A DNA stretch of 64,000 nt from a virus (IMGVR_UViG_3300046817_000863:242-64241), one strand, 5' to 3'; numbered from the stretch's first letter, positions 29,749 through 38,676 are shown. The notes: generated by a model not told the origin, from the letters alone. Numbers and translations: made by a program.

Positions 29749-29904
29749 CTAATCACTTCCAGTTCCATCGTTTCGCGCCGTCAATAACTCCAGAATCTGC
29801 CTCGCAATGTCGCGACAAAGATCAATCGGGTAGTGAGCCACGCCAATCTGAATCATCTTCTTGCCGTCCCTGTCCGTGTACTCAGACCACCGAACATAGT
29901 TCAT
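29749..29904 (-). CDS. 51-aa hypothetical protein
   Basis: MNYVRWSEYTDRDGKK...RNDGTGSD; GAGG SD. Confidence 0.5.
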   Translation of the reverse strand: MNYVRWSEYTDRDGKKMIQIGVAHYPIDLCRDIARQILELLTARNDGTGSD

Positions 29905-29918
29905 GCCCTCGTGGAGTT

Positions 29919-30314
29919 TCATTCGCCATCCTCAGGAGGGTCGGGCCAGTGCATCCAGTGCGTTACGAGATCCCAGGAGTACGTTGTCCCCAGTTCGTCG
30001 TCGAGGCAAAGCTCTTTCCGCCCACCCCTGACACTGAACCAGCCACACTCCACCGCCCCGCTACCGACGGGCATCCAGACAATGATGAACAGATCATGCA
30101 AAGGTTCCGCCTCCGATACCTTAATCCAGCCGCTCATGCTTTCGACCTGCACAGGCTCAAGCCACGGGTGATGCTGTCCGTGAAGAAATGCGTTCATTGC
30201 CCTCGCACCCTCAAGATTCACCCGATCGAACACTTCTTTCAACTCAGGCGTCATCCCGAACCCGAGGTCAACGTCCCTAACCTCAATCAGGGGCGACTTG
30301 ATCCATCCGCTCAT
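29919..30314 (-). CDS. DUF551-like protein with duplicated start
   Basis: MSGWIK twice; VTHWMHWPDPP. Confidence 0.65.
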   Translation of the reverse strand: MSGWIKSPLIEVRDVDLGFGMTPELKEVFDRVNLEGARAMNAFLHGQHHPWLEPVQVESMSGWIKVSEAEPLHDLFIIVWMPVGSGAVECGWFSVRGGRKELCLDDELGTTYSWDLVTHWMHWPDPPEDGE

Positions 30315-31000
30315 GCTTTCATCCTGCGCACGATCCGATGAATGTACTGCCTTACGAAAGGCCCACCTTCGCGCGTCCTGAATCCGGCCTCGTTCAGCGC
30401 ACCAGCTATCCCTTCGAGCGTCATCTCCGACCCCCGAGCCTCAAGCACGTACCGAATCACCGCCTGCTCATGCTCATCCTCAATCAGCCGCTTCTTGCCG
30501 TTGCCCCCAACCTCGACACGACACCCGTAAGGTACCTTGCCCCCAAGCTTCTCCCCATTAACCCGCTTATGCTCCAGCGCCGCCTTCGTCCGATAACTGA
30601 TCTCTTCCCGCTCCAGTTCCGCCAGCGACCCGAAAAGCTTAATCACAAACCGGCCCTGCGGGGTCGACGTATCCAGAGACTCGTCAATACTGAGAAAAGC
30701 AATGCGCCTCTTCTCCGCATCGTCCACCGTGTCCAGCAGATCCCTGAGGCTGCGCGTCCATCGATTGAGCTTCGTTACAACAAGCCCATCAATCCCCTTA
30801 GTCCGGAACAACTCCAATACCCGCTGCGCTCCCGCACGCTCGAAATCCTTGCCGCTGAACCCAGCATCCACCTCAATCCCGGCCAACTCGTGCCCGTGAA
30901 GACCACAGTACATCTGAATCCGACGCCGCTGATCCTCCAGCGATACCCCATCAAGCGCCTGCTCCTCCGTACTCACCCTCGCATATCCTATTACTCTCAT
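30311..31000 (-). CDS. Serine recombinase (resolvase family) with short C-terminal recombinase-type domain
   Basis: IGYARVSTEEQ catalytic Ser; VTKLNRWTRS; LDTSTPQGRF; AELEREEI; likely start ATG 31000. Confidence 0.92.
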   Translation of the reverse strand: MRVIGYARVSTEEQALDGVSLEDQRRRIQMYCGLHGHELAGIEVDAGFSGKDFERAGAQRVLELFRTKGIDGLVVTKLNRWTRSLRDLLDTVDDAEKRRIAFLSIDESLDTSTPQGRFVIKLFGSLAELEREEISYRTKAALEHKRVNGEKLGGKVPYGCRVEVGGNGKKRLIEDEHEQAVIRYVLEARGSEMTLEGIAGALNEAGFRTREGGPFVRQYIHRIVRRMKA

Positions 31001-31006
31001 GTCATG

Positions 31007-31036
31007 ATTATGCATCATGACGGGCTAGAGTGACAA
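31007..31036 (-). promoter_or_regulatory. Leaderless sigma70-type promoter of the recombinase, overlapping a palindrome
   Basis: TTGTCA-18-CATAAT-6 nt-ATG; TCATGAT-N5-ATCATGA at 31002-31020. Confidence 0.55.
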
Positions 31037-31218
31037 GAGCATTCCACCCTAACATCGAGCAATTCTTATTGCGAGAAGTTAGCCTTACTGCTCCTTCTGC
31101 CTCTTCCCAACCTTCAACCTGCCTGCGTAGCAAAGCGCAAGCGTAGCGAGCGCATTGCGCTGGACTTACTTAAGCCTTTAAAGCTTTTACCAAACTGTCT
31201 TTTAGGAAACGATGGAAC

Positions 31219-31281
31219 TGGAGAAAGGCGTTCCCTGTCTTTCACAGAACATTGGAGAGGCGTTCCCCCTTCTTTCACAGA
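31219..31281. repeat. Imperfect ~30-bp tandem direct repeat
   Basis: TGGAGAAAGGCGTTCCCTGTCTTTCACAGA / TGGAGAGGCGTTCCCCCTTCTTTCACAGA. Confidence 0.8.
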
Positions 31282-31655
31282 TTTGACCCTTGGTGGCGAT
31301 GGTGGGGCCCCAACCCCGAAAAGGACGATGGGGGAGTAAACTGCTGCGGGCCTATCTATTCATGTAGCCAGAAGTTAACCGAGGCTAACAAGAACATCGA
31401 AACATACCAAATAAGATGCAGAAAATAATAAGTCACACATTCGAGCGTTTACGCACGCTATTTCTTCAGGCTCAAAGCACTCAGCAATCTACATAAGTTT
31501 GCTGTAGCAGACGCCGTGTGGTTGCCTGCCCCTGGTATGCTTCGCACTCCTCGCGCTTGCGCGCTTGGCATTAGTCGCAACCCAAGCACCGAAGGTGCGA
31601 GGGTACTACCGCAACAAGCGCCAGCGAAGCGAGCGCGAGTGAAGGGCTAACTTCT

Positions 31656-32114
31656 TTATTCTTCAGGCTCAACAATCTCTGCCTCTATAGCAGGAGCCTG
31701 CAGCAGGCGAGCCTTGGTTGCCTCCCCTGTGGTGGGCATCACTACCATGAGCTGCTGCCTGTTGTCTACGAGCACTGCAGGTACGTCTCCGTACTTCTTA
31801 GGCTTGATCTTTGAAGCTGCCCAGATACGAGCGTTGATACGCACCTGCCGGCTCTTGGCATCTTCGCTCTGATTGTCTGCAATCTCAACCATTTCATCGA
31901 CATACGCCTCTACCTGATCTTCACGCGCGTGGCGATATTGCTCCTGGAAGGTAGGATACATTTGAAGCCATCGCATGACCTTTGACATAGGTATATCGAG
32001 GGTGATGCATACGCTTCGCAGCGAATCGCCTGCTGCGAGTCTGGTACAGATATCGTCTGCGATTTGATCGGTATAGGTTGATGGTCGGCCGATTTTAGGT
32101 TGAGCTGAAGGCAC
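31656..32114 (-). CDS. terS: Terminase small subunit (Sf6 gp1-like)
   Basis: GRPSTYT..IADDIC.RLAAGDSLRSVC; F.EQY..ARE; RIWAASKIKPKKYGD. Confidence 0.92.
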   Translation of the reverse strand: MPSAQPKIGRPSTYTDQIADDICTRLAAGDSLRSVCITLDIPMSKVMRWLQMYPTFQEQYRHAREDQVEAYVDEMVEIADNQSEDAKSRQVRINARIWAASKIKPKKYGDVPAVLVDNRQQLMVVMPTTGEATKARLLQAPAIEAEIVEPEE

Positions 32115-32117
32115 GTG

Positions 32118-32261
32118 TTATTCGTCGTTATCGTTATAAGGCGGCAGGTTACGATTTCTGAGCCAGAGGGTGAAACAGAAGGTGACGACCCAGGCCAGTG
32201 AGATTTCGGTAAATCTGATGAGTTCGTGTGTGAACCAGGCTGTGATTGCGGGGGAGTTCAT
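32118..32261 (-). CDS. 47-aa single-TM protein
   Basis: MNSPAITAWF...SLAWVVTFCFTLWL; ATGA overlap. Confidence 0.45.
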   Translation of the reverse strand: MNSPAITAWFTHELIRFTEISLAWVVTFCFTLWLRNRNLPPYNDNDE

Positions 32262-32470
32262 GGTTGTTTAAGAGATATGCGTTCGAGTACTGCCCAGTTT
32301 GTTCTTACCTTATCTGGGGCTATTGTAACGAGTCTCCAGCCTTGAGAGGCGAGGATGTTTAGTTGGGCGAGATCGCCGAAATCGAGGGGAATCTTTGAAT
32401 ACTCGTAGAGCGGGGGTATTTGAGGGGGCGGGATGATATCGCGCTGAAAGAGTGAAGAGAAGATTTTCAT
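32258..32470 (-). CDS. DUF4177-like small protein
   Basis: YEY..I...LNILASQGWRLVT..AVLER. Confidence 0.6.
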   Translation of the reverse strand: MKIFSSLFQRDIIPPPQIPPLYEYSKIPLDFGDLAQLNILASQGWRLVTIAPDKVRTNWAVLERISLKQP

Positions 32471-32609
32471 GGGTTAGGGGAGTGTATCTTCTTCGCATGT
32501 TAATGCGCGATTCCAGCGTTTCTCATCGATTTGCATGTAGAGGCGCGAGAGCAGGAAATCATCGCTGTTTTCGGGAAGCACTTCACTCTTGAAGTAGTTC
32601 TTATCTTTA

Positions 32610-32699
32610 GTGTCGACAGCAACCGACACTAAACGGCCTTCTCGTGTCGGAAGGAACCGACACATTGCTCAGTTTCTTCGTGTCGGAGGGCTCCGACAC
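32610..32699. repeat. Three palindromic boxes GTGTCG-N8-CGACAC
   Basis: At 32610-29, 32644-63 and 32680-99. Confidence 0.85.
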
Positions 32700-33117
32700 A
32701 GGGAGGGGTGAGAATTTCGTACTTTGACACCCTCTTCATTGCTCTGGAAACCTTCAGTAGCCCGCACTTTTCGAGCTTCAGCACGTTGCCGGAAATCGTA
32801 TCGCGGCAGAGCCCTGTGAGGCGCTGGAGTTCGGACATTGGGATCGTCGCAGCGAACTTCTTAAACTGCAGCGTGTGTGTCCCTATCGCCATGTAAATCT
32901 TGATCTCGTTACCGCTGAGATACGGCAGCCAGGTGAAGAACGTCTTCGGAACCGGGAGGAATGTATACGGAACCTCGAAGCGTTTCTTCCTGCTTACGCG
33001 CTCTTGCGGATGCTCGCTACGTTCGCTTGCCCCAGCTTGCGGTTCACGAAATCCTTTGCCGCTTCGTATGTCGCGAACCGAACGCGGGCGAATTTCGGCG
33101 GATGGCACATCTGGCAT
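32629..33117 (-). CDS. Winged-helix protein resembling the replication protein O N-terminus (start uncertain)
   Basis: LSGNEIKIYMAI...MSELQRLTGLCRDTISGNVLKLEKCGLL. Confidence 0.65.
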   Translation of the reverse strand: MPDVPSAEIRPRSVRDIRSGKGFREPQAGASERSEHPQERVSRKKRFEVPYTFLPVPKTFFTWLPYLSGNEIKIYMAIGTHTLQFKKFAATIPMSELQRLTGLCRDTISGNVLKLEKCGLLKVSRAMKRVSKYEILTPPCVGALRHEETEQCVGSFRHEKAV

Positions 33118-33221
33118 GGCTGGGTCAGCTCATCCTCACGAATCGCATAACAACTGGGACACACAGCATAAACCGGCTCCTTCGCACGCTTACTCCTCGA
33201 ACTCACAAGGGAAACCGACAT
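32994..33221 (-). CDS. Small zinc-finger protein
   Basis: CPSC...CQMC. Confidence 0.45.
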   Translation of the reverse strand: MSVSLVSSRSKRAKEPVYAVCPSCYAIREDELTQPCQMCHPPKFARVRFATYEAAKDFVNRKLGQANVASIRKSA

Positions 33222-33233
33222 TCAAAACTCTGC

Positions 33234-33268
33234 TTGACATAAACATCTAGATGTTTTATTATCAACTC
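33234..33268 (+). promoter_or_regulatory. Leaderless sigma70-type promoter with palindromic spacer
   Basis: TTGACA-17-TATTAT-CAACTC-ATG; spacer holds AAACATCTAGATGTTT. Confidence 0.8.
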
Positions 33269-33730
33269 ATGAAGAACAGCACAATGCAAGACGGAATCGC
33301 GACGCAGGTGGCGAGACATCAGGTGAAAGAGCTTTCGAAGCGTTACGCGCACAACAAGCGCATCGAAGTGGAGGTTCGCTTCGACGATCGCTGCGGGAAC
33401 GGGCACAACACGTTCGGCATTACGGCGTCAACGTACATCGGGAAACAGGAAGACATGGGCGGTTGCCTGCATGAACTCGTTGCAGAGCAATTCCCGGAAC
33501 TCGCACCCTATATCAAATGGCATCTGATGAGCACCGACGGCCCTCTGCACTACATCGCTAACACGACGTATCATGCGCGGAACGGCAACCTCGGGTACGC
33601 GCGGTCAACGGCTGTATGGCCTGAGGCGACACTGGAGCAACTGCAGGATGAGGACACACTGAAAGCAAGACTTTCGCAGCTGCTCGCCGACTTCAGGCAG
33701 GACATGGAAACACTCGGATTCACCTGGTAA
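33269..33730 (+). CDS. Phage hypothetical protein
   Basis: RFDDRCGNGHNTF, GGCLHE, KWHL..TDGPLHYIAN. Confidence 0.75.
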   Translation: MKNSTMQDGIATQVARHQVKELSKRYAHNKRIEVEVRFDDRCGNGHNTFGITASTYIGKQEDMGGCLHELVAEQFPELAPYIKWHLMSTDGPLHYIANTTYHARNGNLGYARSTAVWPEATLEQLQDEDTLKARLSQLLADFRQDMETLGFTW

Positions 33731-33749
33731 AAACCATCGGAGAGTTGAA

Positions 33750-34214
33750 ATGAATCAGGCAAAAGAGATCAGATCGGCGCCGAAGCGCGCGCTGTACCGG
33801 ACGTATCAGGCGACAGTGGCTGTGCCAGTCGCAAATCTCACAGAGGCAAAGAAAAGGGCTCGCAAAGCCTATGTCTATGAGTTCGAATATCAGCAACTGA
33901 CGGGCATCGAATGGCAAACGATCAAAGTCGTTGAACGTCCGGAGTTTCACTGCTCATTCTGCAAAGCGCGTATCTACGGTTCAAACAAGGACGCGCAAAC
34001 GTACTGCGGACACGTGATGTGCTCACGCGAGTGCGTGCAGCGGTATCGCGGCGAGTGGCCTGTACTGCTCGCTTCGACCTTTCGTGCAGAAGCGCGGGAG
34101 TACGCAGATGGACACGTAACGATCACGATTGACGAGGAGGATGAATACAACTTTGCGTCTGTCGCAGATGCGAAAGCTTCAGCATACTGGCCCTTGCAGG
34201 AGGTAGCGAAATGA
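33750..34214 (+). CDS. Hypothetical zinc-binding protein
   Basis: GGAG SD; CSFC...CSREC. Confidence 0.6.
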   Translation: MNQAKEIRSAPKRALYRTYQATVAVPVANLTEAKKRARKAYVYEFEYQQLTGIEWQTIKVVERPEFHCSFCKARIYGSNKDAQTYCGHVMCSRECVQRYRGEWPVLLASTFRAEAREYADGHVTITIDEEDEYNFASVADAKASAYWPLQEVAK

Positions 34215-34411
34215 TATGGGCCAGCTTCGAGCACCGACGTTTTTCGCTCGATGCGTTCGCACCAACCGAGGCCGATGCACTGGCACTGTTGAAGAAAGCG
34301 CTAAAGAAGTTCAATCGGAGCGGCGAATCCTTCGGAATGAATGAAGACGAAGTGCAGTATCGCACCGTCGCGTCCGGTACCGTGCTCCTCGATGGGGAGG
34401 AATATCGGTGA
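34211..34411 (+). CDS. Hypothetical protein
   Basis: GGAGG SD; ATGA overlap. Confidence 0.65.
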   Translation: MIWASFEHRRFSLDAFAPTEADALALLKKALKKFNRSGESFGMNEDEVQYRTVASGTVLLDGEEYR

Positions 34412-34809
34412 AATGCCCAAACTGCTATCGGAAAGACCCGAGCGCGGCACACTTCAGGGAACACCCTGAATGCCTCACAGCTGCTCAGTCGATCGCTGGC
34501 ATGGTCGCCGTACTTAAGCGGAAGAACAACAAGGCGGGCCCGGGACGGCCGCGGAAAGCTGCATCAGTCAGCACAGCAGAGAACCTGCCTGAAAAAGTAA
34601 TCGCCAGATGGGGTGCAGAGGACTGGGCCGATGATCGCATGACCGCAATAAGGTACCGCTACGAAACCATCGATGGCGAATTGGTGGAGCTTTCGGAAAA
34701 AGATATCGTTGAACGCTACGCATGGGGGCAGGTCGAAGACAACACGGCAGGCGGTTCGCAGACAGGAGTGCTTCTCACTTCACTCGTCGCGGCAGACCCA
34801 ATGCGGTAG
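34408..34809 (+). CDS. Hypothetical protein with AT-hook-like GPGRPRK
   Basis: GAGG SD; CxxC; GRPRK. Confidence 0.6.
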   Translation: MKCPNCYRKDPSAAHFREHPECLTAAQSIAGMVAVLKRKNNKAGPGRPRKAASVSTAENLPEKVIARWGAEDWADDRMTAIRYRYETIDGELVELSEKDIVERYAWGQVEDNTAGGSQTGVLLTSLVAADPMR

Positions 34810-34939
34810 CTCTATCTCAGATGCTGTGCGTGGGCGAAAACGCGTCAGGGAGTCCGCGCTTATCGGATGGCCTATTCACCCACACACAATTACAGGGGCC
34901 GCAACCTCGGGAAAGGGCGACCCCTGTCAAGGAGAATTA

Positions 34940-35503
34940 CTAACCTACCGGAACCGGAACCGGTGTTGGATCGGTGATGTCGGTAATCTCGGGAGTAGTT
35001 ACCGGGGGAGGCGGAACATCGACTGGGGGAGGCGGAACAACGGCGTCGGGCACGATGTCGTCCAGAGCCTGCGACGCAACCTGCACCTTGCCCAGCTTCT
35101 CGCTGATGGCGGCAAAAGCGGCGTCAACGGCAACGCCAAACCCTGCTTCATCCTCCGTCTTCTGTGCGGCCTTCGCAGCCGTTACGGCCGCGGCCAGCTC
35201 GTCAGGGGTAACCTGAACTGCAAGCGCCGCATCAAGCGCCGCACGGATCTCGGCCAGAGCTTTAGTGTTCTGGGCCTCAATCGCATCGAGTCGTGCGTTC
35301 ACCTGGGCGGAATTTTCCTGAATTGTTGCCATTACTAGTCTTTCTAACCTTTCTATTTTCAGAATTATCGTCTCTGCGTCATCTGCCGTATCCCGGCAGC
35401 ACGTCAGAGATTCGGCCAGCTCGCGTGCTGCACATTCCAGCACCCTGGCCTTCTCCAACACATCTTTTATTCTCATTGCGTTCGGAAATCGGTTGTTCGT
35501 CAC
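34940..35503 (-). CDS. Ala-rich coiled-coil protein with Pro tail (may start at 35332)
   Basis: Helical heptads; C-terminal VPPPP. Confidence 0.6.
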   Translation of the reverse strand: MTNNRFPNAMRIKDVLEKARVLECAARELAESLTCCRDTADDAETIILKIERLERLVMATIQENSAQVNARLDAIEAQNTKALAEIRAALDAALAVQVTPDELAAAVTAAKAAQKTEDEAGFGVAVDAAFAAISEKLGKVQVASQALDDIVPDAVVPPPPVDVPPPPVTTPEITDITDPTPVPVPVG

Positions 35504-35856
35504 TCGGGGCAGACTTCGCCTCTGAGTAACGCTGTCATGCGCACCCGTTCGGCTTCAGGAAGACCATCGAAGATACGCTTAAGCTCCTGCCCCGGATCGT
35601 CGCCGCGCTTGTCGCAGGACTCCCGCTGTGGCGGTGTCGCGGAAGCGTTCAACAGCATCGGTACGGGACGGTGCCGCCGTGGTGGTTTCAGTCTGGGGGG
35701 TGAGGGTGAGGGTAGCAAGGGCTTGTTCGGGCTCGATGGGTTCGAGATGCAATCGATGCAGGGCAAGAAGGGTTTCGGCCTGATCGGGGTGAAGGCGAAG
35801 CGCAACACCAGCCCCGCAATAACACACACAAGCGGCGCCCAACTCGATGCAGTCAA
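35500..35856 (-). CDS. Membrane-anchored hypothetical protein
   Basis: N-terminal TM; GAGG SD. Confidence 0.45.
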   Translation of the reverse strand: MTASSWAPLVCVIAGLVLRFAFTPIRPKPFLPCIDCISNPSSPNKPLLPSPSPPRLKPPRRHRPVPMLLNASATPPQRESCDKRGDDPGQELKRIFDGLPEAERVRMTALLRGEVCPE

Positions 35857-36117
35857 GAGATAACCTCGCTCCGTCCAGATGTATCAGCCCCACGACCTTT
35901 TACGGCTTGATTATCTTGCCGTGGATGTCGCATTCAGCGAGCCGGCGGCCCGTCGACATATCGACGCGCGTACCGGACGCAGGTAAATCCTTGAGTACGT
36001 CACGCCAGTTGCTCTCGCGCTGAGGCAGGACCGATGCCCTCTGCGGGTCGTCGACTTGCGCCCACGGGACACGCGTTTCAGTGTCCGCTGGCAAAACCAT
36101 GCGATGCGTAACAGGCT

Positions 36118-36456
36118 TCAGACTACTTCCCTCCGGCGAAATTCGGTGAATGTCCCGGGAACTACTTCGCGCACGACAGGACCATTCGGGATGGACAGGG
36201 TTTTTGCTGCACGCACGACGTCGACGCGTCCTGCATCCCCGTGCGATGAATCGGCACGGCGCGCTTTCGTTACTTCAACGCGCGGAGTCAGATACATCTC
36301 CGGGGTGGTGCGAACGGCACAGGTGAGGCGTATCAAACGCGGGCTTTCGTAAACGGCGCTGCCTTCGAGCAGCATACCTTCGGCATGGGCACGGTGCGTA
36401 GCAAACGTGAACCGGCCATGCGGAGTCAGCACCTTGACCCGGGAGTTTAATTGCAT
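36118..36456 (-). CDS. Hypothetical protein
   Basis: First ORF of the leftward block. Confidence 0.5.
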   Translation of the reverse strand: MQLNSRVKVLTPHGRFTFATHRAHAEGMLLEGSAVYESPRLIRLTCAVRTTPEMYLTPRVEVTKARRADSSHGDAGRVDVVRAAKTLSIPNGPVVREVVPGTFTEFRRREVV

Positions 36457-36738
36457 CGTTTATTTGCGTGCGGGGGCAATACGGAAAGCAGGTTGATTTG
36501 TGAGAGTACCTACGCTCTCATAAAAATACTGGCCTGTGCTGCTGTTCGTCAGCCCAGACCAGGAAAGCTGTCACTTCTCGGACGTTTTAAAGCTAAACCA
36601 ATATCGAAACAGTACTCCACAATTATGTTTTTAGTCAACGCATTTAAAACTTAAATGGGTTAAACTTTCAGCTCTGAGTAGACGTTGATAGAAATAAACA
36701 GAAATGAGGTATTGCCGAAAATAATCTTCACTTTCCTG

Positions 36739-36773
36739 TTGACACCAGCTAGCTGTACATGTATCATCAGGAC
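36739..36773 (+). promoter_or_regulatory. Leaderless sigma70-type promoter
   Basis: TTGACA-17(CCAGCTAGCTG...)-TATCAT-6 nt-ATG. Confidence 0.8.
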
Positions 36774-36932
36774 ATGAAGACGCTGCTTGAAAACATCACA
36801 CCGAAGATGACGACCACGATCAACGGTCACGTAGTCACGCGATGGTCCGAGACTGCCTACGAGGTCGATACTTGGGGCAAAAAGACTGTCGATATCGAGA
36901 CTGCGCTGGCTTTGGTAATGGACAGGTGTTAG
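36774..36932 (+). CDS. 52-aa leaderless protein; not in track
   Basis: MKTLLENITPKMTTTINGHVVTRWSETAYEVDTWGKK... Confidence 0.7.
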   Translation: MKTLLENITPKMTTTINGHVVTRWSETAYEVDTWGKKTVDIETALALVMDRC

Positions 36933-36934
36933 AA

Positions 36935-37228
36935 ATGATCCCCTGTCCTAATTGTGGTGACCCAGACTACGATGGCGAGTGCGAGGCGTGTTTTGTTGAG
37001 CGTCGGATGAAGTTGCTAAGCCTGATGGCGGAAGCGCTGGATCGAGGGTTTGCCGTATGCTTGAAGCCGCTTGAAAATGGTGACTACTGGGCGTCTTTTG
37101 GCCACGTTGAGACCCCGCGCGATGAGTGGACCGGGTTTGACAGAAGCAATTGGCATGATTTCTGCGACGACCTGACTATACTGATCCGCGACACGCTGCA
37201 CCCAGTGACAGATGTAGACCCGTTTTGA
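36935..37228 (+). CDS. Hypothetical zinc-finger protein
   Basis: MIPCPNC...CEAC; starts 2 nt after the previous stop. Confidence 0.6.
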   Translation: MIPCPNCGDPDYDGECEACFVERRMKLLSLMAEALDRGFAVCLKPLENGDYWASFGHVETPRDEWTGFDRSNWHDFCDDLTILIRDTLHPVTDVDPF

Positions 37229-37254
37229 GTAAACGCAAATCTTTGAAATACCTG

Positions 37255-37289
37255 TTGACAACAGCTAGCAAGTAGGACATAATCAACTC
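37255..37289 (+). promoter_or_regulatory. Leaderless sigma70-type promoter
   Basis: TTGACA-17(ACAGCTAGC...)-CATAAT-CAACTC-ATG. Confidence 0.8.
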
Positions 37290-37436
37290 ATGAACAACGA
37301 CATGAAACGCGAACGGATGCTGAAGGAACTGATGAGCGACTTGGCCGACATGGTCGAAGCTGGCGAGATGACCGACATGGAGGCCAACGAGTGGTACAAC
37401 ATGAAGGCCGACCAGTGGAACGGAGGGCTGGGCTAA
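37290..37436 (+). CDS. 48-aa acidic leaderless protein; not in track
   Basis: MNNDMKRERMLKELMSDLADMVEAGEMTDMEANEWYNMKADQWNGGLG. Confidence 0.7.
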   Translation: MNNDMKRERMLKELMSDLADMVEAGEMTDMEANEWYNMKADQWNGGLG

Positions 37437-37609
37437 TGTTCTCCTGGAAGGTCCAGACCATCAAAGACCGTGGAGCCGATCAGTGGTATCGGTTCCACAT
37501 CACAGGGCTGATACTCGACGAAGGCCGCGAGCCAGTGCCGTTTTCGTGGTCAGTCCGCGACATGGATAATCCCACCTACGATCTGTCGGGTGCGGTTCAC
37601 CTAACTTGA
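37436..37609 (+). CDS. Hypothetical protein
   Basis: GGAGG SD; TAATG overlap. Confidence 0.6.
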   Translation: MFSWKVQTIKDRGADQWYRFHITGLILDEGREPVPFSWSVRDMDNPTYDLSGAVHLT

Positions 37610-37824
37610 TGAGTATCACTATCGAACTCCCGCAAGACGCAAAGGCTTCGCGCGGCGAACTCACGATGTCCGAGCCGGACGCGCGAACCGTGCGGGCTCG
37701 CATCAGCAGCGCATTGCGGGGCACGCGATCGGGAGGCGTGGCAAAGCTTAAGTGCGAGTGCGGCAAGTGTCGTACCTGCTACCAGCGAGAGTACAGGCGA
37801 CGAAAGCGAAGGGAGGAGAAATGA
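37606..37824 (+). CDS. Small basic zinc-finger protein
   Basis: CECGKCRTC followed by an Arg-rich tail. Confidence 0.6.
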   Translation: MMSITIELPQDAKASRGELTMSEPDARTVRARISSALRGTRSGGVAKLKCECGKCRTCYQREYRRRKRREEK

Positions 37825-38042
37825 GCGCGGACGAGACTCGTAAGTCTTCGGCGTTCGATTGGCTTGACAACCAGTGCGTGAACTACGGCATGGGCATTCG
37901 ACCTTACAGGAAGGGCATAGGGCTTGTTGCTCTCCGGTACATGAGCACCAGGGGTGAGTACGTCCATACAAAGTCTCACGATTCACTGCTGGAGTGCTGT
38001 GAGGCTGCGATGTTCGGCGAAGAGTCAGAGGAGGAGAAATGA
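37821..38042 (+). CDS. Hypothetical protein
   Basis: GGAGG SD; ATGA overlap. Confidence 0.65.
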   Translation: MSADETRKSSAFDWLDNQCVNYGMGIRPYRKGIGLVALRYMSTRGEYVHTKSHDSLLECCEAAMFGEESEEEK

Positions 38043-38230
38043 GTCAAGAAATAGCGATACCGCAGGAAATCGAACGAGACATGTTTCGTGCAGCCGTAGA
38101 CGCACTCGGAAGAGGCTGCGTCCGCGAGTACTACGACCAGATGATCGTTTCTGACCTACGCTGGGCGTATCGGCTCGGATACGAAGCTGGTCAGAATGCG
38201 CCAAAGAAGCGCACTGAGGCGACGAAATGA
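38039..38230 (+). CDS. Hypothetical protein
   Basis: GGAGG SD; ATGA overlap. Confidence 0.65.
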   Translation: MSQEIAIPQEIERDMFRAAVDALGRGCVREYYDQMIVSDLRWAYRLGYEAGQNAPKKRTEATK

Positions 38231-38676
38231 ACACAACAAAGCAAGTGAAACCCACGGCGGCAGAGCCTTGCTCACATGAATCGTGGTATCACGACGGCCC
38301 TGTAGGAAAATGCTGCCATTGCCACCGAGTGATGGAGTGTAACGTATGCGTCATGTTGGACGACAAGCATGAGGCCGAATGCGCCTTAAGCAAACCCGAG
38401 CCTAAGCAACCAACGGCGGCAGCGATGAGGGCTGCAGTGCGGATTATCAAGAATATCCGCGAGTACAACGAACTGGGCGGGTTGAGTCCGATAATGCCAC
38501 CATCCGACACAACCGCAGAACTTATCGACACCGAAACCGGACTGCCGGAATTGATTGAGGCAATGAAATCAGCACAGTCATTTCTTAAGCACCGCGAAGA
38601 CGTGAGCGAAGTCTGTTATGAGTGGTGCCCGCTCTGTAAAGTAATCGCCGCGCTCGCCCGCTACGAGGAGAAATGA
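38227..38676 (+). CDS. Hypothetical Cys-rich protein
   Basis: Coupled ORF. Confidence 0.6.
   Translation: MNTTKQVKPTAAEPCSHESWYHDGPVGKCCHCHRVMECNVCVMLDDKHEAECALSKPEPKQPTAAAMRAAVRIIKNIREYNELGGLSPIMPPSDTTAELIDTETGLPELIEAMKSAQSFLKHREDVSEVCYEWCPLCKVIAALARYEEK

Noticed and set aside
31219-31281. Mini CRISPR array
   Set aside because: Only two imperfect copies 4 nt apart, no spacer-length gap and no cas genes
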